60,533 nt of DNA, from positions 1-60,533 of the forward strand of contig JBAZEI010000001.1 in NCBI GenBank assembly GCA_041654015.1, read 5' to 3'. Source of the DNA: Minisyncoccota bacterium. Its GTDB lineage: Bacteria; Patescibacteriota; Minisyncoccia; UBA6257. The notes under the pieces were generated by a model, which was given only the letters and a program-made list of their open reading frames with translations, did no database searches and was not told the origin of the DNA. Positions 1 to 9,700 of this stretch are shown here, one piece after another. The first letter of the stretch is position 1, and every line of letters begins with the position of its first letter. Both the position numbers and the translations under genes were made by a program.

Positions 1-304
1 CATGAGCAACAAATATATTTTTTAAAGATAAATTGTAAAAATTTTTAAGCAATTTCAAAGTTTTCCCCGACTGATTCATAAAAACTGTTGGTTTGGCTAA
101 GATGATTTTTTGGCTGTTTTCTTGAATAAAACTTATTTTTGCTAAACATTTTCTATTTACCTCCCATTTGCTTCCTTTCCGTTTGTCTAATAAGTAATCA
201 ATAAAATTACAGCCAATATTATGGCGATTTTTTTGGTAAGAAGGGCCTGGATTGCCTAAGCCGATAAGAGCGATTTGATTATTTTGGTGTTTAGAAATTG
301 TCAT
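1..304 (-). CDS. pth: Peptidyl-tRNA hydrolase, 5' part only (gene continues past the left window edge)
   Basis: Absent from the ORF track because it is truncated. Own minus-strand translation from ATG 304..302 gives MTISKHQNNQIALIGLGNPGPSYQKNRHNIGCNFIDYLL..LAKPTVFMNQSGKTLKLL... GLGNPG-x-Y-x3-RHN-x-G and KP-x-T-FMN-x-SG are the Pth signature blocks. ATGA start/stop overlap with the upstream LCP gene. Confidence 0.85.
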   Translation of the reverse strand, partial: MTISKHQNNQIALIGLGNPGPSYQKNRHNIGCNFIDYLLDKRKGSKWEVNRKCLAKISFIQENSQKIILAKPTVFMNQSGKTLKLLKNFYNLSLKNIFVAH

Positions 305-1347
305 TGGGAGATTTTTCCTTTTATATAATTTTGAATTTGTTGATATTGTTCAAAGCCCTCGCGGGGGATTAAGGTATAAACACTTTGCCCTCCCAACGAA
401 TTATCAATGAGGTTAACTGATTTTAATAACTCATCCGGCGGTTGATTAGTAATTTTGATGTATTCTATTTGGTCAGTCGATATATCCTTTACTAAGTAAA
501 AAATTTGCCAAAGGGTGTTAAAATCTAAATCGCTAATAAAGTAATTATTTAGAGATTGCCAAATTTTTAGCCAGGTAGTCAAATTCCAGACATTGGCTAA
601 TTCGGTTAATTTGTTTTTCAGAGCGGCAATTATTTGCTGTTGGTTTTGGATTCTATAAAAATCTCCTTCGGGCGCATAACGAGTGCGGACAAACTTAATA
701 GCCACATTCCCGTCTAAATGGCGCCAACCAGCTTGAAGATGAAAAATTTCAGACGGGTTAAGGGGGTTAACCAATAAAGGGTCGTAAATATCTTCTTCCA
801 GCCAGATATCTAGACCACCAATGGCATCTACTAATTTGCCAAAACCTTCTAATGCTAAAATCACAGTATGATTTATAGTAAGTCCTGTAATATCTTCTAT
901 TTTTTGCTTTATTAAACTTGAAGCTACCGCCTGAGGGAATGGCTTGCTATTGTTTTCAAAATTATAAAGTCCATTAATTTTAATACCTTGAGAGCGGTTG
1001 GGAATTTGAATCCATAAATCCCGGGGGATAGAAATTACAGCAATTTTTTTTCTTGAAGGATCGAGATGAGCGACAAAAATGGTGTCAGTTAAGAGGTGCC
1101 CCCTAGAACCTTCGCCGGCAATTCCTAAAAAAAGAACATTTAAAGAGGGGATTTTTGCTTCAGCCGGTTGTTCAATAAAAGTATTTTTAGGAGAGTTATA
1201 AGAAAAGAGATATTCTTTTGGCTGGATTTGATTAAACAGTAAAAAAAACAACATCGCCGCTAAGCCGATAATGATTGCCCCTAAAAAGATTTTTCTAAAA
1301 ATAGAGCTCATTTTAAGTAATTTATCATATTTGCTTTCAGAGTTCAA
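301..1347 (-). CDS. LytR-CpsA-Psr (LCP) family cell-envelope phosphotransferase
   Basis: 348 aa with an N-terminal TM helix followed by LCP core blocks NVLFLGIAGEG, TDTIFVAHLD, AVISIPRDLW and AIKFVRTRY. Confidence 0.8.
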   Translation of the reverse strand: MNSESKYDKLLKMSSIFRKIFLGAIIIGLAAMLFFLLFNQIQPKEYLFSYNSPKNTFIEQPAEAKIPSLNVLFLGIAGEGSRGHLLTDTIFVAHLDPSRKKIAVISIPRDLWIQIPNRSQGIKINGLYNFENNSKPFPQAVASSLIKQKIEDITGLTINHTVILALEGFGKLVDAIGGLDIWLEEDIYDPLLVNPLNPSEIFHLQAGWRHLDGNVAIKFVRTRYAPEGDFYRIQNQQQIIAALKNKLTELANVWNLTTWLKIWQSLNNYFISDLDFNTLWQIFYLVKDISTDQIEYIKITNQPPDELLKSVNLIDNSLGGQSVYTLIPREGFEQYQQIQNYIKGKISQ

Positions 1348-1378
1348 TTATGGTATTATCCTTAAGATATTTTAAAAT

Positions 1379-1909
1379 ATGTGGCGGAAAATTTTTTGGG
1401 AAAATTTAGAGATGATTATAATTGCAATTCTTATAGTTGTTCCTATAAGATATTTTTTAATTCAGCCATTTATAGTGCATGGAAGCAGTATGGAGCCAAA
1501 TTTTTATACTCAGGATTATCTCATTATCGATGAATTAACCTATCATTTTCGTGACCCTTTGAGATATGAGGTGGTGGTTTTTAAGGCCCCTAATCATCCA
1601 AGCCAGTATTATATAAAAAGGATTATCGGCCTTCCCAATGAAACAATAAATATAAAAGACGGAGGAATAACAATTACTGATGTTTCAGGAAATTCATTTA
1701 GGCTTCAAGAGGATTTTTTGCCCAGCGGGTTGGTAACTTCTGGCAATCTTGAATTAACTCTTTCAAATGATGAATATTTTATGTTGGGAGACAATCGTTT
1801 GGCTTCTTATGATTCTCGTAATTGGGGGCCAGTGACAAAAGATTTAATAATTGGCCGAGTTTGGCTTTGCCTTTGGCCTCCCCAAAGAATTAGCGCTTAT
1901 GGTTTCTAA
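1379..1909 (+). CDS. lepB: Signal peptidase I
   Basis: N-terminal TM segment, Ser box GSSMEPNF, Lys box YIKRIIGLP, and GDNRLASYDSRNWGPV. Confidence 0.85.
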   Translation: MWRKIFWENLEMIIIAILIVVPIRYFLIQPFIVHGSSMEPNFYTQDYLIIDELTYHFRDPLRYEVVVFKAPNHPSQYYIKRIIGLPNETINIKDGGITITDVSGNSFRLQEDFLPSGLVTSGNLELTLSNDEYFMLGDNRLASYDSRNWGPVTKDLIIGRVWLCLWPPQRISAYGF

Positions 1910-3218
1910 AGAATTAAAAAAGAATACAAAAACAAGACGAAAGTCTTTCCAATCAATCAAAGGAATGAAAGATATTTTAGCGGAGGATTGGCTGTATTAT
2001 GATTCAATTTTTCATAATGCTAAAAAAATTTTTGAATTTTATAATTTTCAGAGAATAGAAACCCCTCTCCTTGAAGAAGCCGAGTTATTTACGAAAGGTG
2101 TTGGCAAAACAACAGAAATTATTGAAAAAGAAATGTACATTTTAAGGAGCAAAGAGAATAAAGAGCTCGTGGCTTTGCGGCCAGAAGGCACGGCGCCGGT
2201 AATGAGGGCTTATTTAGAGAAGGGGATGTCTAATTTGCCCCAGCCAGTAAAATTATATTATTTTGGACCTTTCTTTCGCCATGAAAAGCCTCAAGCCGGC
2301 CGTTACCGCCAATTTTATCAAATAGGGGCAGAAATTATTGGAGAAAGCGATGCGGCTGTAGACGCGCAGATTATTCTTATTTCAAAGATTTTTTTGGAAT
2401 CTTTAGGTTTTTCCAAGAAAAACATTTATTTGCTCATTAATAGCCTTGGTTGTTTAAATTGCCGGCGCCTCTATATAAGAGAAATAAAAAAATATTATAA
2501 AAAATATAGCAAACAGATTTGTTCGGATTGCCAGCGACGTTTAAAAGAAAATCCGTTGAGAGTTTTAGATTGTAAAAATGAAAAATGTTGTTCTCTAAAA
2601 GAAGGTCTCCCATTTATTTTGGATTATCTTTGTTCTGACTGCCGTAGTCATTTTAAACTTCTTTTGGAGTATCTTGATTATTTAAATATTCCATATATTT
2701 TAGACAAAACCTTGGTCAGGGGGCTGGATTATTATACCAAAACTGTCTTTGAATTTTGTTTAGACAGCGGAGAGAATAAAATTTCTTTAGGAGGCGGAGG
2801 AAGATACGATAAATTAGCAGAAATTATCGGAAATTTGAAAAAACCAGCCGTGGGTGTTGCTTTTGGCGTTGAAAGATTAATGCAAGGGATGATTCAATCT
2901 GGTAAAAAATTTAAACTTTCAACTCCAAACTTATTTCTGGTTCAAATTGGAGAGTCGGCAAAGAAGATGTCTTTTAAAATTTTAGAACAATTTCGGAAAG
3001 AGAATATTCCTTTAGGAGAGAGTTTGGGCAAAGAAAGTTTAAGGTCGCAATTAAAAACAGCCGACCGTTTGGGAGCCAAATACGTTTTAATTCTTGGACA
3101 ACAAGAGGTTTTAGATGGTATGATAATCCTGAAGGATATGGCATCGGGCCTCCAAGAATTAATTTCTTTGGAGAAAATAATTCCCGAAGTAAAAAAACGA
3201 TTAGAGAAAACAATGTAG
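1899..3218 (+). CDS. hisS: Histidyl-tRNA synthetase
   Basis: Class II HisRS blocks GMKDIL, LRPEGTAPVMRAY, YYFGPFFRHEKPQAGRYRQFYQIGAE and GGGGRYD. Start placed at ATG 1899 (MVSKELKK) instead of the track start 1851, which overlaps lepB by 59 nt. Confidence 0.88.
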   Translation: MVSKELKKNTKTRRKSFQSIKGMKDILAEDWLYYDSIFHNAKKIFEFYNFQRIETPLLEEAELFTKGVGKTTEIIEKEMYILRSKENKELVALRPEGTAPVMRAYLEKGMSNLPQPVKLYYFGPFFRHEKPQAGRYRQFYQIGAEIIGESDAAVDAQIILISKIFLESLGFSKKNIYLLINSLGCLNCRRLYIREIKKYYKKYSKQICSDCQRRLKENPLRVLDCKNEKCCSLKEGLPFILDYLCSDCRSHFKLLLEYLDYLNIPYILDKTLVRGLDYYTKTVFEFCLDSGENKISLGGGGRYDKLAEIIGNLKKPAVGVAFGVERLMQGMIQSGKKFKLSTPNLFLVQIGESAKKMSFKILEQFRKENIPLGESLGKESLRSQLKTADRLGAKYVLILGQQEVLDGMIILKDMASGLQELISLEKIIPEVKKRLEKTM

Positions 3219-3246
3219 CAATGCAATAATTAACCGATGTAATTTT

Positions 3247-3462
3247 ATGGCAATCACAATTAAAAGAAGAAAAGGGGAAAATTTAAATTCTTTTTTAAGC
3301 CGCGCCTTTAAAACTATTAAAAAAAGCGGTATTCTTTTAGAAGTCCGGAAAAGAAAATACTATATTCCAAAGGTAAATAAAAGAGAGCAAAAATTGTCAG
3401 CTCTTCATAAGCAAAAAGTGCTCAAAGAAATAGAAAGAAAGAGAAAAAAGGGACTTATTTAA
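3247..3462 (+). CDS. rpsU: 30S ribosomal protein S21 (bS21)
   Basis: 71 aa, very basic. Pattern ..GENLNSFLSRAFKTIKKSGILLEVRKRKYY.PK..R matches the bS21 layout. Confidence 0.75.
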   Translation: MAITIKRRKGENLNSFLSRAFKTIKKSGILLEVRKRKYYIPKVNKREQKLSALHKQKVLKEIERKRKKGLI

Positions 3463-3467
3463 AAACA

Positions 3468-3923
3468 ATGGTTTTAAAGAATGAAATTTTGGTATATAAT
3501 TTGAATAAAGAAAAGATCCCTCCTCCAAAATTTTTTCAAGAGTTAGTTAATAAAGTTTTGGTAGTTTTAGCAGAAAAGAATAAAGTAAACTTATCATTGA
3601 TTTTTATTAACCCTCAAGTTAGCAGGCGATTAAATAAGTCTTGGCGTCACAAGGATGAAATTGCTTCTGTTCTTTCCTTCCCTCTCTTAGAAAATTTGTC
3701 TTTAAAATTCGGAAAAGAGGAGAAAATTTTAGGAGATGTTTTTCTTTGCCCCAAACTGATAAAATCTCAGGCGCAAAAATTGAATATTTCCGTTGATCTG
3801 CTTTACCTAAAATTAATAATTCATAGTTTGCTTCATCTTTACGGGTACAATCATTCTAAAGCGAAAGACAGATGTAAAATGGAAAGGTTGGAAGACAAAA
3901 TTTTAAAATTGGTTAATAAATAA
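3468..3923 (+). CDS. ybeY: rRNA maturation endoribonuclease YbeY
   Basis: 151 aa with the zinc motif H-x3-H-x5-H (HSLLHLYGYNH). Confidence 0.8.
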   Translation: MVLKNEILVYNLNKEKIPPPKFFQELVNKVLVVLAEKNKVNLSLIFINPQVSRRLNKSWRHKDEIASVLSFPLLENLSLKFGKEEKILGDVFLCPKLIKSQAQKLNISVDLLYLKLIIHSLLHLYGYNHSKAKDRCKMERLEDKILKLVNK

Positions 3924-3929
3924 AATAAT

Positions 3930-5150
3930 ATGAGTTCTCCTTTTTTAGCTATAGATTTAGGGTCGGCAAATATAAAAGCGTTAGTGGCTCAAATTGACGC
4001 CCAAGAAGGGTGGAAAATTATTTTGCCAATTTCCCGCGAATCCAAAGGAATTAAAGAAGGAGTGCCCAATAATTTAGAAGAAACCGCCGAAGAGCTCGAT
4101 GCTTTAATAGTTGAGATAGAAGCAATGCTTAAAAATGTTGTTTTTAGGGAGGCAATTGTGGGTATCGGAGGTTCCCATTTAGAAACTCGTCTTTCAAAAG
4201 GGGCCGCGGTTGTTAGTCGTCCTGATCAAGAAATAGGCGAAGATGATGTTAATAGAGCCAATAAGGCGGCAGAGGCTTTTGCTTTGCCTCCAAACAGGAG
4301 CTTAATTCAAACTGCCTTAAAAAGTTATGTTGTTGACGGGGTAGCAAAAGTAAAAGACCCAATAGGGATGAAAGGATTAAAGATAGAAACCGAGTGCCTT
4401 TTAATAGATGCTTTTACCCCTTTTATTCACTCTCTTGACCGTTTGGGAGAGATGATTAATATAAGATTTAATCCGAAATTTATTTTGCCTTATGCCGGGG
4501 CAGAAATAGCGCTTACGGCTCAGGATAAAGATTTAGGAGCAATGGCTTTGGATTTAGGCGCCGGCACCACCAGCTTTTGCATTTATGAAAATAATGAGAT
4601 TTTAGATTTGAAGGTTTTTCCAGGAGGAGGGAACGCAGTGACAAATGATATTGCTATCGGTTTAAAAACTAGTGTTAATATCGCCGAAAAAATTAAAATT
4701 AACGAGGGCATAGCTCTGAGAAATAAGGTCGCTAAAAATGAGAATATTGACTGGGATGCTTATTATGAAGAGGATAATGTTGGTGATAAAGTGAGCAAAA
4801 AATTTTTAGCCGAGATAATTGAGGCCCGTTTATCTGAAATTTTTGATTTAGTAGCCAAGAGATTAAAAGAAATTAATCCCTCTCTAAAATTACCTGGAGG
4901 CGTGGTTATATATGGAGGAGGAGCAAAAATGCCTTTTATTATTGATTTAGCAAAAGAGAGATTGAAGCTTCCGGTGCGGCCGGCAAAACCAGAAATAGAA
5001 TGGTATCAAGAGTCGCCAGACCTTAGTTTTATTCCATGCTTGGGGCTGCTGGCTTTGAAAGTTCAGGGCCAAAAAGAAGGTTTTCTGCCGCTGGAATCAG
5101 GGATATTGGCAAAAATAACTCGCTTTTTTAAAAATACTTTTTCTATTTAA
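3930..5150 (+). CDS. ftsA: Cell division protein FtsA
   Basis: Actin-fold blocks LAIDLGSANIKALV, GIGGSHL, LDLGAGTTSF, GGGNAVTNDIA and VIYGGGAKMP. Lies directly upstream of ftsZ. Confidence 0.85.
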   Translation: MSSPFLAIDLGSANIKALVAQIDAQEGWKIILPISRESKGIKEGVPNNLEETAEELDALIVEIEAMLKNVVFREAIVGIGGSHLETRLSKGAAVVSRPDQEIGEDDVNRANKAAEAFALPPNRSLIQTALKSYVVDGVAKVKDPIGMKGLKIETECLLIDAFTPFIHSLDRLGEMINIRFNPKFILPYAGAEIALTAQDKDLGAMALDLGAGTTSFCIYENNEILDLKVFPGGGNAVTNDIAIGLKTSVNIAEKIKINEGIALRNKVAKNENIDWDAYYEEDNVGDKVSKKFLAEIIEARLSEIFDLVAKRLKEINPSLKLPGGVVIYGGGAKMPFIIDLAKERLKLPVRPAKPEIEWYQESPDLSFIPCLGLLALKVQGQKEGFLPLESGILAKITRFFKNTFSI

Positions 5151-5159
5151 TTTAAAATT

Positions 5160-6416
5160 ATGAAAAAAAGAAGCAAGAAAAATAAAAAAAATAAAAAAGA
5201 AGAAGCTTTGAAAAAAGTGAAGCCTGAAAAAAAGACAAAACCGCGGAAGAAACAGAAACTAAAAGTGAAACCAAAGCGAAAAGAAAAAGGAGAAAAAGAA
5301 ATAAAAGAATCTTCTAACAGACGTATTTCTATAAAAATAGTGGGTGTTGGCGGAGCTGGCGGCAATGTAGTTACGAGAATGAAAGAAAAAAAGGTTGAGG
5401 GGGTTGATTTTATCGCTATCAATACAGATATTCAGGGCTTACATCATACAAAGGCCGATTTAAAAATTCAAATTGGAAAAGAATCTTGCAAAGGGTTGGG
5501 AGCGGGAATGGATCCATTGCGAGGGAAGGAAGCGGTAGAAGAGAATATTGAAGAAATCCATCAGGCAGTTCAGGGCGCTGAAATGATTTTTTTGGCTTGC
5601 GGCTTGGGCGGCGGAACAGGATCTGGCGCTTCGCCAATTGTCGCCAATTTAGCTAAACAGGCAGGCGCTTTGGTTGTCGGTGTGGTGACTAAACCATTTG
5701 CTTTTGAAGGAGAAAAAAGATTAGATATTGCTGATGAATCCTGGCAAAAACTTTTTAATGAAGTTGACGCTTTGGTGACGATTCCCAATGATAGAATCTT
5801 TAATATTATTAATGAAGAAACGCCAATTTTAGAGGCTTTTTCTAAAATTGATGATATTTTACGTCAGGGAGTGGAGGCAATAGTTAATTTAATTTCTTAT
5901 CCCGGCTTAATTAATTTGGATTTTGCCAATATTCGGACAATTCTGACAGAGGCAGGCAGCTCTTTATTGGGCATCGGTGTTTCTAAAGGACAGGATAGGG
6001 CTAAAAAAGCGGCAGAATTAGCAATTTCTTCGCCTCTTTTAGATATTTCAATTGAAGGAGCAAGGCGGGTTCTTTTTAATGTTGCTGGGACAAAAGATAT
6101 GTCTTTGGTAGAAATTCATAATGCTGCTCGGGTGATAACTCAATCAATAGCCAAAGACGCTCAAGTAATTTTTGGCGCCAGTTTTGATAATGATCTTCGT
6201 CAAGGAGAAATTAAAGTTACTGTTATTGCTGGTGGCTTTGGAGAAGAATTTCGCGAATTAAGGCCGGCATTGCCGTTGGAGATTAAAATCCCAATTAATA
6301 AGGGGACAAACGAAAAAGAAGGCGAGGAAGAAAAACAAAAGCAGGAAGAACAAAAAGAAGAATTTGAAATCCCGGCCTTTCTGCGTCGAAAAAACAAAAT
6401 AAACGGAAATTCATAA
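5160..6416 (+). CDS. ftsZ: Cell division GTPase FtsZ with a Lys-rich N-terminal extension
   Basis: GVGGAGGN, tubulin signature GLGGGTGSGASPIVA, E/K-rich linker, C-terminal peptide EEFEIPAFLRRK. Confidence 0.95.
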   Translation: MKKRSKKNKKNKKEEALKKVKPEKKTKPRKKQKLKVKPKRKEKGEKEIKESSNRRISIKIVGVGGAGGNVVTRMKEKKVEGVDFIAINTDIQGLHHTKADLKIQIGKESCKGLGAGMDPLRGKEAVEENIEEIHQAVQGAEMIFLACGLGGGTGSGASPIVANLAKQAGALVVGVVTKPFAFEGEKRLDIADESWQKLFNEVDALVTIPNDRIFNIINEETPILEAFSKIDDILRQGVEAIVNLISYPGLINLDFANIRTILTEAGSSLLGIGVSKGQDRAKKAAELAISSPLLDISIEGARRVLFNVAGTKDMSLVEIHNAARVITQSIAKDAQVIFGASFDNDLRQGEIKVTVIAGGFGEEFRELRPALPLEIKIPINKGTNEKEGEEEKQKQEEQKEEFEIPAFLRRKNKINGNS

Positions 6417-6446
6417 AATTCATTGTCCCCGCCAAAATTTTCTATG

Positions 6447-6545
6447 TGTCATTCTGAGCGTAGCCTCCGCCTTCGCTAAAGCTACGGTGGACAAGCCCGC
6501 CGTCGCCAGCGTCTGAAGCCGCAGGCTATGGCGGGCAAGGAAGAA
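6447..6545 (+). repeat. GC-rich two-hairpin element ('CGCTAAAGCT' family), copy 1
   Basis: tgtcattctgagcgtagcctccgccttcgctaaagctacggtggacaagcccgccgtcgccagcgtctgaagccgcaggctatggcgggcaagg. Near-identical copy at 45553..45642. Stems are CCGCC/GGTGG and GCCCGCC/GGCGGGC. Confidence 0.85.
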
Positions 6546-6626
6546 AAAAAAGCTGAAGAGAAAACAGATTTTGAGATTCCTGCTTTTCTTCGGAGAAAAA
6601 AGAAAAAAGAAAACGAAGAAGAATAA
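6528..6626 (+). other. 32-codon ORF encoding a second FtsZ-type C-terminal peptide (MAGKEEKKAEEKTDFEIPAFLRRKKKKENEEE)
   Basis: Own translation. Same reading frame as ftsZ but separated from it by in-frame stops. The ATG and first codons are supplied by the repeat element. Whether it is expressed is unknown. Confidence 0.3.
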
Positions 6627-6660
6627 TCTTTGTTTATATCCTCGTTTTTTAATTTATTAC

Positions 6661-6702
6661 ATTCTACATTCTACATTCTACATTCTAAATTCTAGATTCT
6701 AA
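6661..6702 (+). repeat. Heptanucleotide tandem repeat (ATTCTAC x3, ATTCTAA, ATTCTAG, ATTCTAA)
   Basis: Six consecutive 7-mers ending 4 nt before the nrdD ATG. Confidence 0.95.
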
Positions 6703-6706
6703 TATT

Positions 6707-9700
6707 ATGTCTCCAAGAAAAAAATTTCATAATCATTTAAAAGAGGTTAAAAAAAGGACAGGTGAAATTGTCCCTTTTGAAAAGAAAAAAATAGAAGAAG
6801 CAATTTTCAAGGCCTTAACAGCTACGGATGAAGGCGGAAAAACTTTAGCCCGAGAATTATCAAATAAAGTTATTAAAATTCTTAATAGAAGATTTAAAAA
6901 AGAAGAAATTCCGTCGGTTGAAGAAATACAAGATATTGTTGAAGAAGTTTTAATTTTAGAGAATTTAGTTGAGACCTCAAAGGCCTATATTTTATACCGA
7001 GATCAAAGAAGAAAATTAAGAGAAAGCCAGATCGTTACTGAGGAATCAGTAAGTTTAGTGGATGAATACTTAGGAGTGAATGATTGGCAAGTAAAAGAGA
7101 ACAGCAATATGGCTTTCTCTCTTCAGGGGTTGAATCACTATGTATCTGCTTATGTCGCTAAAAAATATTGGTTAAGAAAAATTTACCCTAAAGAAATAAG
7201 AGAGGCAGTTGAAGCAGGGGATTTTCATATTCATAACTTGGATATTTTAGCCACTTATTGCTGTGGCTGGGATTTATATGATTTGCTTTTGCAGGGTTTT
7301 GGAGGTGTTTTTGGAAAAATTCAGTCAAAACCGCCAAAACATTTTGGTTCTGCTTTAGGGCAGGTAGTTAATTTTTTTTATACCCTTCAGGGCGAAGGCG
7401 CCGGAGCCCAAGCCTTTTCTAATTTTGACACTTTATTAGCCCCTTTTATTCGGTATGATAGTTTAAATTATCAGGACATAAAGCAATCTTTACAGGAGTT
7501 CCTTTTTAATTGTAATGTTCCGACACGGGTCGGCTTTCAATGTATTTCAGAGGATACAGAGATATTAAGCCCAACAGGGTGGAAAAATTATCAAGAAGTA
7601 GAAGAAGGAAATATTATTACAACGTTTAATTTAAAAACAAAAGCTTTAGAAAATAAAAAAGTTAGTTATGTATTTAAAAGAAAATATCATGGAATAATGT
7701 ATCGTTTACGCAATCGGATACAAGATCAGCTTATTTCCCCAAGGCATAAAGTAGTAAGGAGAAAATTTTATAGCAATGAATATGTTTTGGAACCTATAGA
7801 AGAAATAATGAAATTAAAATCTCCTTTTATTGTACCTATTACTGGAGAGAATATAAAATCGGATGTAAAACTAAGTGATGAGCAGATTAAACTAATGGCC
7901 TGGATTATCAGTGAAGGAACAATTGAAAGAAAGTCAAAATATCGTAGTTGCCACAGAGTTTCTATATATCAATCTAAAATTAAAAACAAGAAAAATTATA
8001 AAGAAATAGTTGGTTTATTAGAGCATTTTAAGTTTAAATATTCAGAATATAATACGGCCGCTTTGGGAGATGAAGTTTGCAAATTAAGATTAAACGCTGA
8101 GAGTTCTAAAGTTATTCATAAATGGTTTGGTTCTAAAGAAAATATTCATTTTATTCCGGAAGTTTTATTTAATTTAAGCAAGGAACAATCTAGATTATTT
8201 TTAAAAACTTATTTAAAAGGTGACGGTTTTGAGGAGTCTAAAATATCAATTACAGAATTGGAGCTATTAGAAGGGTTGGAGAGGATTATTGTGAATTCCG
8301 GATACGGATTCACTGTTCTTAAAAGAAAGCCTACTATAGGGAAAAAGGATATTTATGTTTTAAGAATTATCAGACATCAGGAAACCTATATTCAAAAAAT
8401 AGAAAAAGTTAATTACAAAGGAATAATTTGGTCAGTTCATACTCAAAACGAAACGGTTATCGCTCGACGCCGAGGAAAAGTTTTTATTACCGGCAACACT
8501 CCCTTTGAAAATATCACCTTAGATTTGAAAGTACCGGCTCATTTTAAAGATTTGCCGGTAATTATTGGCGGCCAACCGCAGAAAGAAACTTACAAAGATT
8601 TCCAAAAAGAGATGGATATCTTTAACCAGGCCTTATGTGAAATTTATACAGAGGGTGATTCTAGCGGAAGGGTTTTTACTTTTCCAATTCCCACTTACAA
8701 TATTACAAAAGATTTTGATTGGAGTAACCCTAGTTATGATGGTATTTGGAAAATGACTGCAAAGTATGGAATTCCATATTTTTCCAATTTCATTAATTCT
8801 GACTTAAGCCCTGAAGACGCACGAAGTATGTGTTTGGATGCTAAAGAAGAGATTTTGATTAAAGATTTTTCCGGTATAAAGAGACGTTTAATAGGAGATG
8901 TTGTGAAAGAGTATAAGCAGGGAAATTTTGACAGAGAGGGGTGGAGCAAATGTAAAGGGGATAATGATTTAAAGGCACTATCTTTAAATTATGAGACTGG
9001 GAAAGTAGAATGGACAAATGTAAAGAATTTTTTGCGGGTGTTGGATAATCAGATGGTAGAGATCGTATCTGAAGAAGGGAAATCTATTAGAGCTTCTCAG
9101 AAACACCTTGTTCCAGTTTTAACTCAAGGAGGATTGGTTAATAGATTCGCTCAAGATATTAAAGAAGGGGACTATCTTTTAACTTATAGAAAAGGTGATA
9201 TTTTGAATAATAATTACCAAAGGATAGGAGATTTAATCCTTAATGAAGACTTAGCGAAATTTTTAGGCTATTTTACTGCTGACGGCAATTATCTTTTTGA
9301 AAATAGAAAAAATCTAAGAACCTTTGGTTACCCCAGAGGACTACAATTTACTTTTAATGCAAAAACTAAAGCTAATTTAGAGAAGATAAAAGCATTGATT
9401 AAAAATATTTTTTCTCTAAAAACGAAAGAAAAGAAAGACCCACGCTATAATTCTTACTATCTTTACATCTATAATTCTCAATTAGCTAGGAAATTATTTC
9501 AGGCAGGTTTTAAAAAATATGGTTGTTTGCCAGATATTTTGTTCAACTCGCCCCAGGCGGTTATTGAAGCATTTTTAGAGTTTCATTTTAAAGGAGATGG
9601 TTATGCAAAAAGGCAAGAGATTCATATTAATGATCCGAAATTAGCCAGGGATTTAGCAATTTTGTATTCTTTAATAGGAAAATCGGTGACTTACAGAGAA

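Noticed and set aside
2942-3226. Minus-strand ORFs of 94 aa and 79 aa inside the hisS 3' end
   Set aside because: They lie fully antisense to a well-supported aaRS gene, have low-complexity composition, and have no start context or homology.
5147-6397. Minus-strand ORFs (91, 72, 72 and 65 aa) across ftsZ
   Set aside because: They are antisense read-through of the Lys/Glu-rich and Gly-rich coding regions, giving poly-Phe/Leu/Pro strings. FtsZ on the plus strand explains the region.
6417-6527. Read-through or bypass joining ftsZ directly to the downstream second tail
   Set aside because: The intervening frame-0 sequence contains stop codons, the first being taa at 6477..6479. I see no known recoding signal. 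The possibility is kept only as speculation inside the finding.
8565-8949. Alternative-frame and antisense ORFs (63 and 71 aa) inside nrdD
   Set aside because: They are embedded in the extein segment between the two inteins. That segment aligns with conserved NrdD blocks in the main frame.
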